Source: Podarcis bocagei (taxonomy: Eukaryota). Taken from it: a DNA stretch of 64,000 nt. Below, piece after piece: positions 13,687-27,420 of this stretch. Location: NCBI GenBank assembly GCA_964188305.1, contig OZ076886.1. One strand, given 5' to 3'. The first letter of the stretch is position 1. Every line of letters starts with the position of its first letter. Below the pieces are notes generated by a model. That model was not told the origin of the DNA, did no database searches, and saw only the letters and a list, made by a program, of their open reading frames with translations. Position numbers and translations under genes: made by a program.

Positions 13687-15899
13687 CAACACCATGCACA
13701 GCACCATGACCTCATGGGCTTGAGATCACTTAAAGGCAAATAGTACACAGGATAATAATAACTTCCTAAATGTGTTGATGGTTGAGTGGTTCATCTAACA
13801 AAGGAATTTTCCCTACTCTTGCATGCAGCAAGCATCACATCTAAACTGACCCATAATTTTACTGAAGTATATTGTTTTGCTCAGTTGCCAGCAATGCATT
13901 GTAGCCTGTAGGGTGAACAAAGTGAAGCAAGACCTTTGGTTTTAACATTTTGTTTGCCTTTTTCCCCTTTGTCTCCTTTGATGTTGGATTGAATTTGGAA
14001 TGTTCAGTTTTAATACCAGTTTGACAAACACACCCCTGATGTGTAGTTTGTGGAATTAGGAAAGTTATAAGATGCACCATAATTATGATACCTTTCTTGA
14101 ACACTGATAGATCTCAATGAAACATGACTCAATAAACATTTTTTTTAATTTTTATGTAGACTTTCTTGATATAAATGTGTCTATTTCTGTGATACAATGT
14201 GCTGTTAGAAGCAAACCATTTTATCTAATTGGAAGGTCCTCCTCCAGATTTAAAAGAAAATAGTTGAGGATCCAACTTTTGGTAGGTTAACTCATGGGGG
14301 GGTGTATTGATGTCAGTGTGTACGTGGTTCTGAATTAGTTTTGACAATCAGTCACCCTATAAAGGCTGTTCACTTGTGATCTCTTTCTGTCTCAGAAATT
14401 CTTTCTCGCTTTATATATATTGCTACACAGAAGTGAGAGGCTGTGCTGGGATCTTTGATTCTCTCTTCCAATCAGTCGGCATTTCTGCTTTGTGAGTGAG
14501 ATTCTTTTGATCTTAATACTCCTAGAATGCAGAGCTGTTATATTAAGACTGCACAGAAAAATAAGGTGTGTTGAAATAGTTTCAAAGTGAGACATCACAT
14601 GACCTAGTCTTGGTTTCATGCAAGGTTAATTTTAGACCCACGATTCTTTAAATGTATTGACGCACACAAACTGTTATTTAGAGCTCTACTTAATGTAGAC
14701 CTTGTCTTCTGGTATGTCTGCTCACTACACACGCCACATTTCTGAACAGGGTCTGCACAGCTTCAGTGTTCTTTATAGCTCTGGAACTCCACTAGTTTTA
14801 AGTAAATATGTAGCCGTACAATTAATGATGTGTAATATTTAAAACACAGCTCATTATCTTTTGTGTAGATAATTCATCTTAGTTCATCATATCTAAGTGT
14901 GGTGTGGAGATGATAGTTTATGCAGGAAAATTGGAGCTACTTCACCGATCGCTCAGTGATGTCGAGGTAGTAACCCAAGTCAAGCACTGATAGCTTTGTA
15001 ACATGTTTTGGGAAGAGAACCTTGCTGTGCCAAATATTCTCAATTTGTAGGTTAAGAATAACTGTTTTAGCAGGGTAGAAATACCTCCAGAAAATCACTG
15101 TGTCTGGATATTCACCCTTCTCCAGTGTTGCTTGGTGCCATTGGTTTCCCCAGTCTTCCCTTTTCACCGCTGGATTACTCCCAATCTGGGACCATACAGT
15201 GAGCAGGATAACATCACAATTCAGCCAAAAAGATTTTGGCATGTGATAACCACACAGGCCTGGTTCACACATAACACTGAGCCAAACCATGGCTTTGAGC
15301 TAACAAGTCAACGGGCAGCCTCCCAGAGAAGATTTCATGGCTGCTTTCCTTTCCCCTAGTCATTTCGCTCTTGCGCTGTGCTGAGTTAAGATGTGGTTTG
15401 GCTTAGTGTGTCACCTGTGAGTTAGCTCTTTGCAGAGAAACTGTGAGCTTTCACAAAGGCTTGATCACAGTAACTGTGCTTTCTTCTCCAGGAGCCTACA
15501 CATTTGCCCATTCGTGCTAAGCCATGGTTTGGCTTTGAGCTATGTTCGAACAAGGGGCAAGTGAAACCCATTGATACCAAGAGCAAGTCTGGGCAATGTA
15601 ATTGAAAGCTCTAACTGCAGGGAATTAAAAAAAATTGATTAGAAAAACTGAGGCATTTCTTTACCTGCTGAAATTTGTGAATAGTTTTGGCTTACTATAA
15701 TTCCTATCCAAATTTGTAATACTAGCTCCTTCTCCTTGACTAATACAATTCAGTAGAGCGCTGAAACTGACCAATTCCTTTCCAAAGGACTGCGAGAGAA
15801 ATAGAGCTGCAATGCCTCTTTTTTTTCTTTTCCATTGCACATTGTGTTGACAACTGCACATCCTTTAACATGCTGAAGTTAGTTTATTTACTAATGTGT

Positions 15900-16260
15900 A
15901 ATTCTTTTAAAAGTGATGTTGCATGCCTTTGGTAGGAGGCGCCACTCAGCAGCCAAGCTGTCACTTTCTGCAATAACTTCAGCTTCCAGACCAATCTTAA
16001 GGGCAGCCCCACACAGAGCACATTACAGCAGTCTAATCTTGAGGTTATGTCCAGGAATGGCCCTACCTGCCACACTAGCAGAAGCACAGAAAGCGTTCTT
16101 TAAACTATGGTAGCCACTTCTGTCTCTTTCAGCAAAGATGGTTCCAGGAACACCAATTCTTCCAGATTCCTGGGCCTGGAAACCACCCAGCCACTCACAA
16201 TACCTCAGTTTTTCCTGGATTCAGCCTCACCACGTTATCTCTCATCCAGCCCACCACCAA
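15900..16260 (-). mobile_element. Degenerate L2 LINE ORF2 fragment
   Basis: ORF 15884-16087 reads ITSRLDCCNVLCVGLPLRLVWKLKLLQ...LKELH, the L2 post-RT motif. Confidence 0.75.
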
Positions 16261-19200
16261 CTCAGGACTTGCACTGCACCGATGTAACAGAGCAATGCAG
16301 CTAATTTAAAACAAGCTTCTCAAACTGATTCCAAAGCTACACTGGCTATTTTGGGGTTGTAGGATACAGAAGAGGACAGAGTTTGTCATCCTGGGACAGT
16401 CTCACCAAAATAATGCTGTTGCAACAGCCATGAAATCTTCTCTGGGATGCTGTTGGAATTCCATCTTTCAGAAGTCTGCAAGATCAGTCAGACTGTAGTC
16501 CATCACCAAATATTAGAACCCCAAATGACAGTCCTTCAGTGTCATCTGCAACTCTCTGAAAAGCTGTCTACCCTTAATATCTGCCAATGTGTGCTCTTGT
16601 GTCACAGCTTTGGGTATTAATGGCACTGATTCCTGTACCCTTTTAGTGACATAATCAATCTTCAGTTCAGTCCCATAGGGTGTTATTGATATGACAGTCT
16701 TATATAAGTGTTGTCAGAGAATATGGGAAAGGTTTTCCCCACAGGATTGTGTAGGGCAGTAGGCCTCTTAGAGGCACCTGCGCCACCTAGAATGGTTTTA
16801 GATTTGCATGGCACAAAGCCTGCTTTTTTGACAGATCTTTGAAAGAGGGTAATATGGGGAAGTTTTCTGGTTTGTTTTTTTTTTGCATTTTGATATGTAC
16901 ATCACAAAAGCCTTTCCCATGCATAAGTGGTAGCATTTAGAAGTATTTTGTCAAGCATGTCAGCCAAACACATGCAGTTTCCCCTTTAATCTGGAGTAAA
17001 GCCACAGGGTGGAACTTTCCAGGGACCTTTATTGGGAGATGTAGCATCTGAGCTTTTCCTTTGAAAGGTCAAATATTGCTGGGAGTTCCAATATAAATGT
17101 AATGAATGAAGTTAGACTAACTTGGTATAAGACAACTTCATATGTTTAAAAGATTCAAAAGCCTAAGTAAAGAAGGGTGGTTTCTCTATATGGTGCCTTC
17201 CATCCCTTCGCTATAGACTGCAGATACACCCAGATAGGATTCTTTCTCAGAACTTCCTTTCTCTTACAAGCTCACAGTTCATGAAAGCAAATATTTTCGA
17301 GATGATGGTATAAATGCTTTTTTAGGTAGGGTGTTTATTATAATATGATTTTTAAATTTAAAAATATTCAGAGGTGTTATATGAATTTTTTTATCCATCT
17401 ATAGATTTCAGGCGAAGTCTTGAATTCAAGCCATTGGTGATATTGGTGACAGGTGATTACATGACAAGGCAAGGGTATGGGCTGTTGTAAAAGAGACACA
17501 GGGCTATGCCACTCATCTGTGCCCAGCATGGAAACCAGACTGGACTCTGTGCCCAGCACGGAAATAAAGTGAGCTGCTGGATGAGGGTCAAAACTCTTCT
17601 CCTAGTCCCCTGCAGACTAGTAAAATATTTTGTAGGCTAGTAACTTTTGTAGACTCATTTTGAAGACAGGCTTAGACCTCTTTGTGCGTGCGTGTCTCTA
17701 TCCCACCCCTGTGTAGTCAGTGTGTGCAAAGCCCAGTAACCAAGTTGTAGAAAGAAAGTGATGTGTGCCTGAAGATCTTCAATGCAAAGTTTTCATGAAT
17801 AGTTTGAGTTGTCTTTTAATGGAAACACTGACTTGCTCCATCTTGACTGATGATGCCAAGTATTCTACTTTTTGTTCCATGTGTGGACTGTTAACTGAAC
17901 AGTGTTCACTGAATTCTCCTTCAGAAAAGAGCACTCCAAGAACACATTTGTAGCATTTCAAATACTAAAACATATTCTCAATTTTAATTCATCTCAGTTC
18001 TTCCTATCTAACTCTACAACAAGTTCGCTCTCTACCAACACTGATATTTTCATCAAAATGTTATAAGTGGCACAAAGACTTCTCTGTGGAAATGCAAATA
18101 AAGCACTTTTCAGGTGTCCTAGTTCTTGATGGCACTAGAGATCAGCAGCTGCTTTAAGGACCTTCCTCCTGTGTTTCTATGGCAACTCCATATGCATTTA
18201 AAAATAAATAAATTCAGCTTCATAGCGAAACAATTGAAATCTGAATCAAATGCAGGTCTGATCCTAGTAGTAATAGTAAAATGCATTTTCTTCCCCTCTT
18301 TCACAGCCCCCATTCAGCCTCCCTTCAAAGCTTGTCTCTGTTCAGAAGCAGCATTTGTCATCAGAGAAGCCCCCTCCCCTTTCCACATTTATTTCCATGG
18401 TAACCCTTTTAAGGCATTCTGCAGCCTGAAAACTACTTTTGCTCTTTCATCATGCAAGCTGGCATTGTGAAGGGCTCAGTGTATTCCTCCAGCTCCTGAA
18501 TGAATATCAGAATAAGCAGCATTTTGGATGGACTGTTTGTTTTTGAAAAGGGGGACCCTAATGAAGGAACCGAGAGGCAACCTTCCTATGACCTAGTTGT
18601 CAGCACATTGCTTGCTATGGAAAAGCAATCTTCGTTAATTGATTAATTGGTTAACTTTGTGGGTAGGTGTTATTGGAATGATCGTTCTGTGAAATCAACA
18701 GGGCAATTCCCTGAATCCAGTTCAAGGAAAAAATGGGCAGATGGCTGGATGTGCTATGCTGGTGAATTGCGGGTAAGCTCTCATGCTGCGATCAACTGCA
18801 AATCTCATTTTTCTTGTATACTCTTTAATGTATATCCAAGATTTGTTTAGAAAATGGTGTCTTAATAGGTTCTCATGTTACAAATTTGTCTTTTAATGTC
18901 CCCCCCCAAAGATACATTTAGTTGTGTTTGTCATCTCAGATTTTGTGTGCACAAAATGACATTTGATGCTATACATCTTTTTGCTGCTCTTCCTGCTTTA
19001 ATGACCTGGGTTGACTTTACTATTATTTTTTAAAAGGTCATCTAGAAATTATGAATATTTTCTTCAAACACTTTTAACATTTTTATTAAATGCAAAAAAT
19101 GCAAAGGGTGAAATTCATACAATTTCATATGTTGAATTTTCATCATATTTAAAATACATTTTATTTCCTGTTAGTCTATCTGCATCACAAAGTGATGTGT

Positions 19201-20572
19201 CAGCAGTCTTATTTAAAAAATATATATACCTTTGTTTGTTTGAAAGCATGAACTGACACTAACTGGTTCCCTGATGGGTGTTTTATACCTGTTTTATCTG
19301 TTAATAGTATTTCATTTTGTGAAACTGGGACAATGTGTGGTCGACTTGCGTTACGGCAATAAAAACCTACCTTAAAAATGTGAAGTACATAATGATCACC
19401 ATGACAACATGGTTTCCATTTCACGTTTTCTTACTATGCTGTGGAAACCTTTACACATGCCTTTTTAAACAGATAAAAGTAATGGCAATGCGTAATGTGA
19501 GAACACTATTCTGTCCTTGGCATAATGCTTACAAACTCATTATTGAATATTAAGCTGTATCGTTCTCTACAAATCTTCATGTAATCTACCCAGTTCATTC
19601 ATTTCCCCTCCTTTGTATACTCAAATTGTTCTATTATTACAACTGCACATTTTATCGGGAAACAAAATCACGTCAGCATTCACAAACAGAGCTATTCCTG
19701 ATTTTGTATATGCTGAGAATGATGGTGGTGTCTCTGTTGAGATGAATAAACACACGTAATGTAAAATAACTTCATTAGAAAGGGATCCTGCCAACATGAG
19801 TGCAGATGCTGAAATGCTATGCTTGGGCAGCCTTCCTCAAAATACTCCTGTTAGTTTCTGTGGTTTGCCTTCTGGATCCCTGTGCTCAAAGTATCAGATC
19901 CCTCCAGAGGTGGTTCCACTGCCCCCGATGCTTCTACTCTGTATCCTTGAAGCTTGACCTTTCCTTCTCTGCATTCCCTGTTTCCATTCAGCATGGCTTC
20001 CTGTGATGGAAATAGAGCATTATTTTAGAATGTGCTTTTGTGTCTATAAATATGTGTATTGAGTTTTTTATATTTTATTATGAACAAATTCAACCGTACC
20101 CATTTGCTCCATTTCAAAAAACCATTTGGCGTAGAGACAAAAAAGAATGTTATATGTACTAATAAAGGCATATTGATAGGTTAGGCATCCCTGATAGCCT
20201 AACCTATCTCTGGTCTTCTGAGAACAGCACAGGATTTCTGGGGACAGCTTAGGAGAAAGTTATAATAACAGCTGCATGATTGAGCCATTAAGAATATAAA
20301 GCATGAGGTTTGATGGTTTTGCACCAGAGATGCTATGGCATCATAGACAGATGGCTTCGATGACTATTTAAAATTGGGGTGTCAAAAATGCTTCTAGATG
20401 TGCCATTCTTCTGGAGAAGTCTTACAGCTTAGTTTAATTCCCTAGAGGAGTAAAATTTTAAAAAATGCTGCGTCTGCAACTGAATTTGTTGTTATGGAAG
20501 TGACAGTGAGTTTATTACCATACTTTCCTATTAGGAGGGAGGACATACAAATTGCAGAGACAGAATTTTGAC

Positions 20573-20795
20573 CAGGGGTCAGCAAACTTTTTCAGCAGGG
20601 GGCCGGTCCACTGTCCCTCAGACCTTGTGGGGGGAGAACAAAATCCTATGCCCCACAAATAACCCAGAGATGCATTTTAAATAAAAAGACACATTCTACT
20701 CATGTAAAAATGCCGATTCCCAGACTGTCTGCAGGCAGGATTTAGAAGGCGATTGGGCCAGATCCGGCCTCTGGGCCTCAGTTTGCCCAACCATG
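20573..20795. mobile_element. hAT (Charlie/MER30-like) MITE
   Basis: TIR caggggtcagcaaact / agtttgcccaaccatg; 8-bp TSD attttgac / gttttgac. Confidence 0.75.
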
Positions 20796-21150
20796 GTTTT
20801 GACCCTCAGCAGCAACTAATCTTCCTTGCTGGTTCCTAGCATAACATTAAAAGTTTCTACATTTTTTTAAAAAAAAAATAATGCTAGGGATTTCTTAAAC
20901 ACCAAAACAGAGCCCTAATTTCCACGCCATAATCAGAATGGAATTCTGTTCACATAATCAAGCATTTATGACTCTCCCTTCCCTTTGCAGACCTTTACAC
21001 TCCTTGGAAATTCATTTCTGAGGGTTGGGAGACCCTCTGTAGAAGAATGATATATAGTTGGGCAAACTGCCAAAAATTGGGAAACCCCCTGCTTGAATTA
21101 AAGCGCCTTCTGCTCATACAATAACACATTTTGGCTCAAAGTTCAAAATA

Positions 21151-21510
21151 AAAAAGGACCCCTTACAGTTAAGTCCAGTCACAAACGACTCTGGGGTTGT
21201 AGCGCCCATCTTGCCTAACTGGCCGAGGGAGCCAACATTTTATCCACTGACAGTTTTTCCAGGTCATGTGGCCAGCATGACTAAGCCGCTTCTGGAGAAC
21301 CAGAGCAGCGCACGGAAACGCCATTTACCTTTCCGCCGGAGCGGTACCTATTTATTTACTTGCACTTTGACGTGCTTTCGAACTGCTAGGTTGGCAGGAG
21401 CTGGAACCGAGCAATGGGAGCTCACCCCGTTGCAGGGATTCGAACTGCTGACCTTCCAATCGGCAAGCCCTAGGCTCAATGGTTTAGACCACAGTGCCAC
21501 CCGCATCCCC
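21151..21510 (-). mobile_element. Sauria SINE, full length
   Basis: 12-bp TSD aagttcaaaata (21139-21150 and 21514-21525); head and body match the other copies. Confidence 0.9.
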
Positions 21511-22461
21511 AGCAAGTTCAAAATACGTAGGTGCTAAAACTAATGAATTGGTTATAAGTGCTTAGGCATGAATTCAGCTGGTGTTGCCTTTGCACAAATA
21601 TATGACTGTTAGATTGCTATCAGAGCAATCAGTCATATAAACACCCATGTTCCTAAGCAAAGCTCATTCATACAAACATTTCTGGTCAAGTTTGTACTGC
21701 TCAGATTGCACGCAAGAGATCCTACCAATACATTTATGTAGTGCTTCGACAGTACTTCAACATAATCCAGACCTCCAGCTTTGACTTATTAATGGAAGAT
21801 CCAGTATAAGTTTCAATTACTGATGGAGCAGCAGCATAAAGTTGACTCTTCACTACTTGCTGCCCCTTTAGTGCTTAGTGTTGCTACCTAATTGTGACTC
21901 TATATTTCAAGACCCAGGGAACTACATATGTAGTGTATGCTAGAATGGCACTATTTCTTACTTCAGATTTGGCTATGGCACATTTGCTAAAAGCTCCTTC
22001 AACTGTGTGGAAAGCTGAGAAACCTCATCTGTAATTGCTTGAATATCTCAATAATTTGAGAAGAGATTTCTCAGGCCTCTTCCCAATGAATTATTTTTAA
22101 TACTAGAAATGCAATGTGCTTGCACAAATCCTCAGGTTATACAGAATCCAGATGACTTTTTCTAACTTACTATATTTATTGTAGAGGTAGCAAAGCATCT
22201 TTCTCAGCTAGTGCTTTGTTTGTAAATTATACTTTCCCATACTTGGACAGCAAGCAAAGTAGACATGCTTTCCTGCTAGTTAGAAAACACTTTAGGTGCA
22301 TATGTGGATGGAGTTGAAGCTTTGATCCTCATTAGTGCAGTGGTTTGCAATGAGATTCTGTGTCAAGTAATCAGTAGAAATGTCAGAGAATTCATTTTAA
22401 AGACAGACATCGACTAAATAATGGTCAATAATGGATTCAGATCCTTTTCTTGACAGTGACC

Positions 22462-22583
22462 CCCTGTTTAGGGAAGCTTTTAATGTTTAATAGATTATTG
22501 TATTTTAATATTCTGTTGGAAGCCATCCAGAGTGGCAGGGGAAACCCAGCCAGATGCGCGGGGTATAAATTATTATTATTATT
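22462..22583 (+). mobile_element. L2 3' end fragment with (TTA)n tail
   Basis: ccctgtttagggaagcttttaat...ggaagccatccagagtggc...cccagccagatg, shared with five other copies. Confidence 0.7.
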
Positions 22584-23235
22584 AGTGATTATGTTTCTCC
22601 AGCACCATTTCTCTTCCCCTCACCAAACCAATCAAGGATCTCAGAAATGAGCAAAAGGACATCACATTGCTATAGTAGCAAATCATGTTTAGTTATATAC
22701 TGTTATTACTGAGCGCATATGAAACTGCATTGCCCCCATTGTAAAGGAGAAAAATATTTTCCTGAATGGCTGAACCAAATTGTTCAACATATTCCATTGC
22801 CAAGAGGGGCTATGAACCCACCATTGCAGTGTACCACAGGAAGACTGAGAGTGGTGCTCATTTGCCTTCTTCCTTCCATCTCCCGCAGCAAGCACTTTCA
22901 CCTCACCTCTGTCTGTGTGTCCAGAGGGTGAAAACATCTCCCATTGTATGGGGAAAGGAAAGGAAAGGAAAGGAAAGGAGGAAGGCAAGACATCTCGCCA
23001 TTACTGAGGCAACTGGGCATGCTGCATTTCCCATGATGCACTGTAAGGGGGGGGAGTTAATTGTCTTTCACAGTGCTCAAAGTCATGTGAATATCATGCA
23101 GTTGCTTCAGCTAGAAGGTGGGCCATTTTTGCAGGGTGAGAGAAAGCTTTGCTGAACATCCATGTGGACATCAGTTTTGGCTCAGGTCAGCTATTTAGGT
23201 AAACCCAACCTCTTCAGATTTTACAGGAGCTATCT

Positions 23236-24225
23236 TGTTGTTGTTGTTTACTCGTGTCCGACTCTTCGTGACCCCATGGACCAGAGCACGCCAGGCACTC
23301 CTGTCTTCCACTGCCCCCTGCAGTTTGGTCAAACTCATGTTCGTAGCTTTGAGAACACTGTCCAACCATCTTGTCCTCTGTCGTCCCCTTCTCCTTGTGC
23401 TCTCAATCGTTCCCAACATCAGGGTCTTTTCCAGGGAGTCTTCTCTTCTCATGAGGTGGCCAAAGTATTGGAGCCTCAGCTTCACGATCTGTCCTTCCAG
23501 TGAGCACTCAGGGCTGATTTCCTTAAGAATGGATAGGTTTGATCTTCTTGAAGTCCATGGGACTCTCAAGAGTCTCCTCCAGCACCATAATTCAAAAGCA
23601 TTGATTCTTCGGCGATCAGCCTTCTTTATGGTCCAGCTCTCATTTCCGTACATCACTACTGAGAAAACCATGGCTTTAACTATACGGACCTTTGTTGACA
23701 AGGTGATGTCTCTGCTTTTTAAGATGCTGTCTAGGTTTGTCATTGCTTTTCTCCCAAGAAGCAGGCGTCTTTTAATTTTGTGACTGCTGTCACCATCTGC
23801 AGTGATCATGGAGCCCAAGAAAGTAAAATCTCTCACTGCCTCCATTTCTTCCCCTTCTATTTGCCAGGAGCTGATGGGACCAGTGGCCATGATCTTCGTT
23901 TTTTTGATGTTGAGCTTCAGACCATATTTTGCGCTCTCCTCTTTCACCCTCATTAAAAGGTTCTTTAATTCCTCCTCACTTTCTGCCATCAAGGTTGTGT
24001 CATCTGCATATCTGAGGTTGTTGATATTTCTTCCGGTGATCTTAATTCCGGCTTGGGATTCATCCAGCCCAGCCTTTCGCATGATGAATTCTGCATATAA
24101 GTTAAAGAAGCAGGGAGACAATATACAGCCTTGCCGTTCTTCTTTCCCAATTTTGAACCAATCAGTTGTTCCATATCCAGTTCTAACTGTAGCTTCTTGT
24201 CCCACATAGAGATTTCTCAGGAGAC
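23236..24225 (-). mobile_element. BovB (RTE) LINE, 5'-truncated ~1 kb, RT C-terminal half still open
   Basis: 336-aa ORF with RQGCILSP, LRYADD, GLKLNIKKTK, RRGRQRTRWLD motifs; (CAA)n tail; candidate TSD agctatct at 23228-23235 and 24234-24241. Confidence 0.93.
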
Positions 24226-26120
24226 ATCTAGGAAGCTATCTAGGAAGGCTTTTTAGTAAACTACAGTTTTTGGTGTGTCTTGCAAGAGCTGCTTTTGAAT
24301 CTGTGAATTATTTAGGCTATGTGTGTTTAACTGAATTACATAGCACAGACGTGCCATTCTCTGCTCGCCTTGGAAAGATGCCTTTGTCAGATTAATGCTT
24401 CGCTGATGTTGGAGGCAAATATTGCTCAGTTGCTATTTACATGATGTTGTTTTGCTGCCGCCTTTGTTATATTAGATTTGTTAGAGCTGTTTTAGTTGTT
24501 TTGAATCTGTTCGTTGTTTTGTTGTTGGAGCGCTGACAGTCTCGGGCATATGTACACTATTCTCTGCTGACTTGTTTCTTGTCTGCATTGGCACCATCAT
24601 AGTGGTGGTGGGGCTTGCACATCCCTTTGTTGAAGAACTAGATGAATAGGACAAGATATTTGTACCATCCTTTTAGCACAGAAAACTCATCATTTAGAAA
24701 TACTCTTCACTGGATATATTTAACAAGTGGAGCAGGCCTACATATTTCCCAGAAGAACGTGTAAGCAACTGAAAGATAACTGATGCATCCATATTTCCCT
24801 TTGCCTGGAATGGGCCTAGTGATGCCACATGAGGCCTTTTCATGTGTTCTGGCAGTGTGATTCATGATCAGTGGAGGAAGCATCTCTGCAGCAGTCCGCC
24901 TACCAATGCACACTTTTGCTTGCGTTTCTGCAACCTGTCTACATGTCATGCTTGTTTCCACATAATTGGGAACACTGTGTGTTTACATAGGTTTGCAGCT
25001 GTACAAAAGCATGAATGTGTGACGGTCCCATATTCTTCTTCATGTTACTTTGAACACATTGAGTACTACTGAACAACTGAAAAGTGGTGGCAGTAATAAT
25101 AATAATAATTTAAAACATTTTATACTGCCCCACATCAATAATGGCAGGTCAGTTCACAATGAGACAATAAATCAAAGATTAAAATATATTAAAATACATC
25201 ACCAAGTAGATTTGCCAGTTGTCACTTAGACTCAGCATTAACAGACCACAAATTCCAGATAGCTATTTTGCAGTTGAAAGAATGAAATGAAACAAAAATC
25301 TAGTGAGCAAAAATAACCTGATGATTTTGCTAATACAGGGTCCCTCCCAATACTGAAATTTGGCTTGAATGAAGAATTCTATTGTAGCTAATAGAATAGG
25401 TTGTAGGGTGTGGGTGTGTGGTACCCATGGCAGCTTTTCTAGTTTGTAAATGTGCTCGTGGACATAAAAAGGCTTTCCATCCCTGTCTTAAGGTATACTG
25501 TTAGCAAGCATAGTCAAGATGTAAGCTAGCATTCTGAATCTGCAGCTAATCCCTAAACTTTTGTTTAAATCTGATCTAAAATGTCTTGGTGCTATGACAC
25601 AAAATGTCTAGACGTTGTAGTTCACTTCTCTTTTCAGTAACTTTTGCGTGTAGAGGATTTGGCTCTTACTCACCAACCTGAATGTAAGTAATTTCGTTTC
25701 TTTTCCATGCAGGTTGGATGAGTTCTCATTTGAAGGGGAAAAAAATCCTGACTGCCAAGGCTTTAGTTATGTGTGTTGGATTTACTTTACCACCTTCTTA
25801 AATCTTGTCATTCTCTACGGTGAGCTCATTAACTGTGGTCATAAGATGGTATGAGTCATGAACCATCACCTTGTAAAAGATGACACATGTGGCTTGGTTC
25901 TAGCTTGCTGTGTGATTTGTGGGCACTGCTTAACCAAGTTTATAATTTCTATAGGAACTTCAGTGGGTCCATAGGAACATCACAACATCCAGTGGCAATT
26001 TAGGGGAGGTTTCGCATCAGGGCGAAGTGCGTAGCACCCAGTGCCTCCAGCTGTCCCTGCACTGATCCATGAGGGGCGAGCCATTGAGGCAATGGCGGGT
26101 CGCCAGTACCTTCTGTACCC

Positions 26121-26169
26121 TGGTTTATAGTGGATGGTTTATAGTGGATGGTTTATAGTGGATGGTTTA
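26121..26169. repeat. Minisatellite, 3.5 x 14-bp unit tggtttatagtgga
   Basis: Direct reading. Confidence 0.9.
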
Positions 26170-26398
26170 ACCCCTTCCATCCCCTTTTTTCAGCCTGTGC
26201 CTCTCTCTAATGTTGAGAGAGCCATCGCCATGGCGCAGGATAGGAACTGGAAGCTCAGAGTTCCCTATTCTCTGACTGTATTGTTGTAGTAGACTGTTTA
26301 TTTTCTATAAGCCACTTGGAATGCACATGTATTTGTGAAAAATAGACATAGGAAGCTGCCTTATATTGAGCTGGGATAGCTCAGTTGGGAGAGCATGG

Positions 26399-26676
26399 GC
26401 CTCAGCCCAGTATACCTGAAGGAGCGTCTCCACCCCCTTTGTTCAACCTGGACACTGAGGTCCAGCGCCAAGGTTCTCTCACTGTGAGAAGCGAAGTTAC
26501 AAGCAGAGGGCCGTCTCGGTAGTGGTGCCCGCCCTGAGGAACGCCCTCCAATTAGATGTCAAAGAAATAAACAACTATCTGACATTTAGAAGACATCAGA
26601 AGGCAGCCCTGTTTATGGAAGTTTTTAATGACTGATGTTTTAATGTATTTTTAATCTTTTGTTGGAAGCCACCCAG
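26399..26676 (+). mobile_element. L2 3' fragment running into the assembly gap
   Basis: ..gaacgccctcc..agatgtcaaagaaataaacaactatctgacatttagaagacatc..aaggcagccctgttt.. matches the L2 C-terminus. Confidence 0.75.
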
Positions 26677-26820
26677 NNNNNNNNNNNNNNNNNNNNNNNN
26701 NNNNNNNNNNNNNNNNNNNNNNNNNNNNNNNNNNNNNNNNNNNNNNNNNNNNNNNNNNNNNNNNNNNNNNNNNNNNNNNNNNNNNNNNNNNNNNNNNNNN
26801 NNNNNNNNNNNNNNNNNNNN
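26677..26820. other. Assembly gap (144 N)
   Basis: Run of n. Confidence 1.
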
Positions 26821-26877
26821 CTTGACTAGATTACCATTGGTATCCCTTCTAATTCTGCAATTCTATGATTCTATGAA
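26821..26877 (+). mobile_element. CR1-type 3' tail
   Basis: gactagat...cccttc...attctatgattctatga (CR1 octamer repeat). Confidence 0.65.
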
Positions 26878-26910
26878 TTATTGGCCTATCTAACTCAGTA
26901 TTGTCTACAC

Positions 26911-27089
26911 CAGGGGTTGTCAACCTGGTCCCTACCGCCCACTAGTGGGCGTTTCAGGATTCTAGGTAGGGGGTTCTACAGCACAAGCTGAATCCTCCTT
27001 CCATTGAGCACTGGTGGGCGGTAAGGAAATTTTACCATCAAGAAAGATGCATCAGTGGGCGGTAGGTATAAAAAGGTTGACTATCTCTG
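26911..27089. mobile_element. hAT MITE nested in a tRNA-SINE
   Basis: TIR caggggttgtcaacct / aggttgactatctctg; TSD gtctacac / gtctactt. Confidence 0.7.
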
Positions 27090-27344
27090 GTCTACTTTCA
27101 GACATGAGGCATTTCCTGCCCTGCTTGCAGATTTCAGAGATTGATCCTGGGATCTTCTACATGCTACATGCAAAAGAAATGGTGTACCACTGAGAGATTG
27201 CCCTTCCCAAAGTCTCTGGAGTATTGCTAATTGAGTATAACTTCATGGCTCTGGTTACAGATAGGTAGCCGTGTTGGTCTGCCATAGTCAAAATAAAAAA
27301 AATCCTTCCAGTAGCACCTTAAAGACCAACTAAGTTAGTTCTTG

Positions 27345-27382
27345 GTATGAGCTTTCGTGTGCATGCACACTTCTTCAGATAC
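27345..27382 (-). ncRNA. Minimal type I hammerhead ribozyme motif (mirror copy)
   Basis: Exact reverse complement of 27383-27420. Confidence 0.7.
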
Positions 27383-27420
27383 GTATCTGAAGAAGTGTGC
27401 ATGCACACGAAAGCTCATAC
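27383..27420 (+). ncRNA. Minimal type I hammerhead ribozyme motif
   Basis: GTAT (helix I) CTGAAGA A GTGTG-CATG-CACAC (helix II) GAAA GC TC^ ATAC (helix I'); palindromic AGCT in place of helix III. Confidence 0.7.

Noticed and set aside
23235-24209. Plus-strand ORFs of 182 and 135 aa
   Set aside because: Antisense shadows of the BovB RT frame
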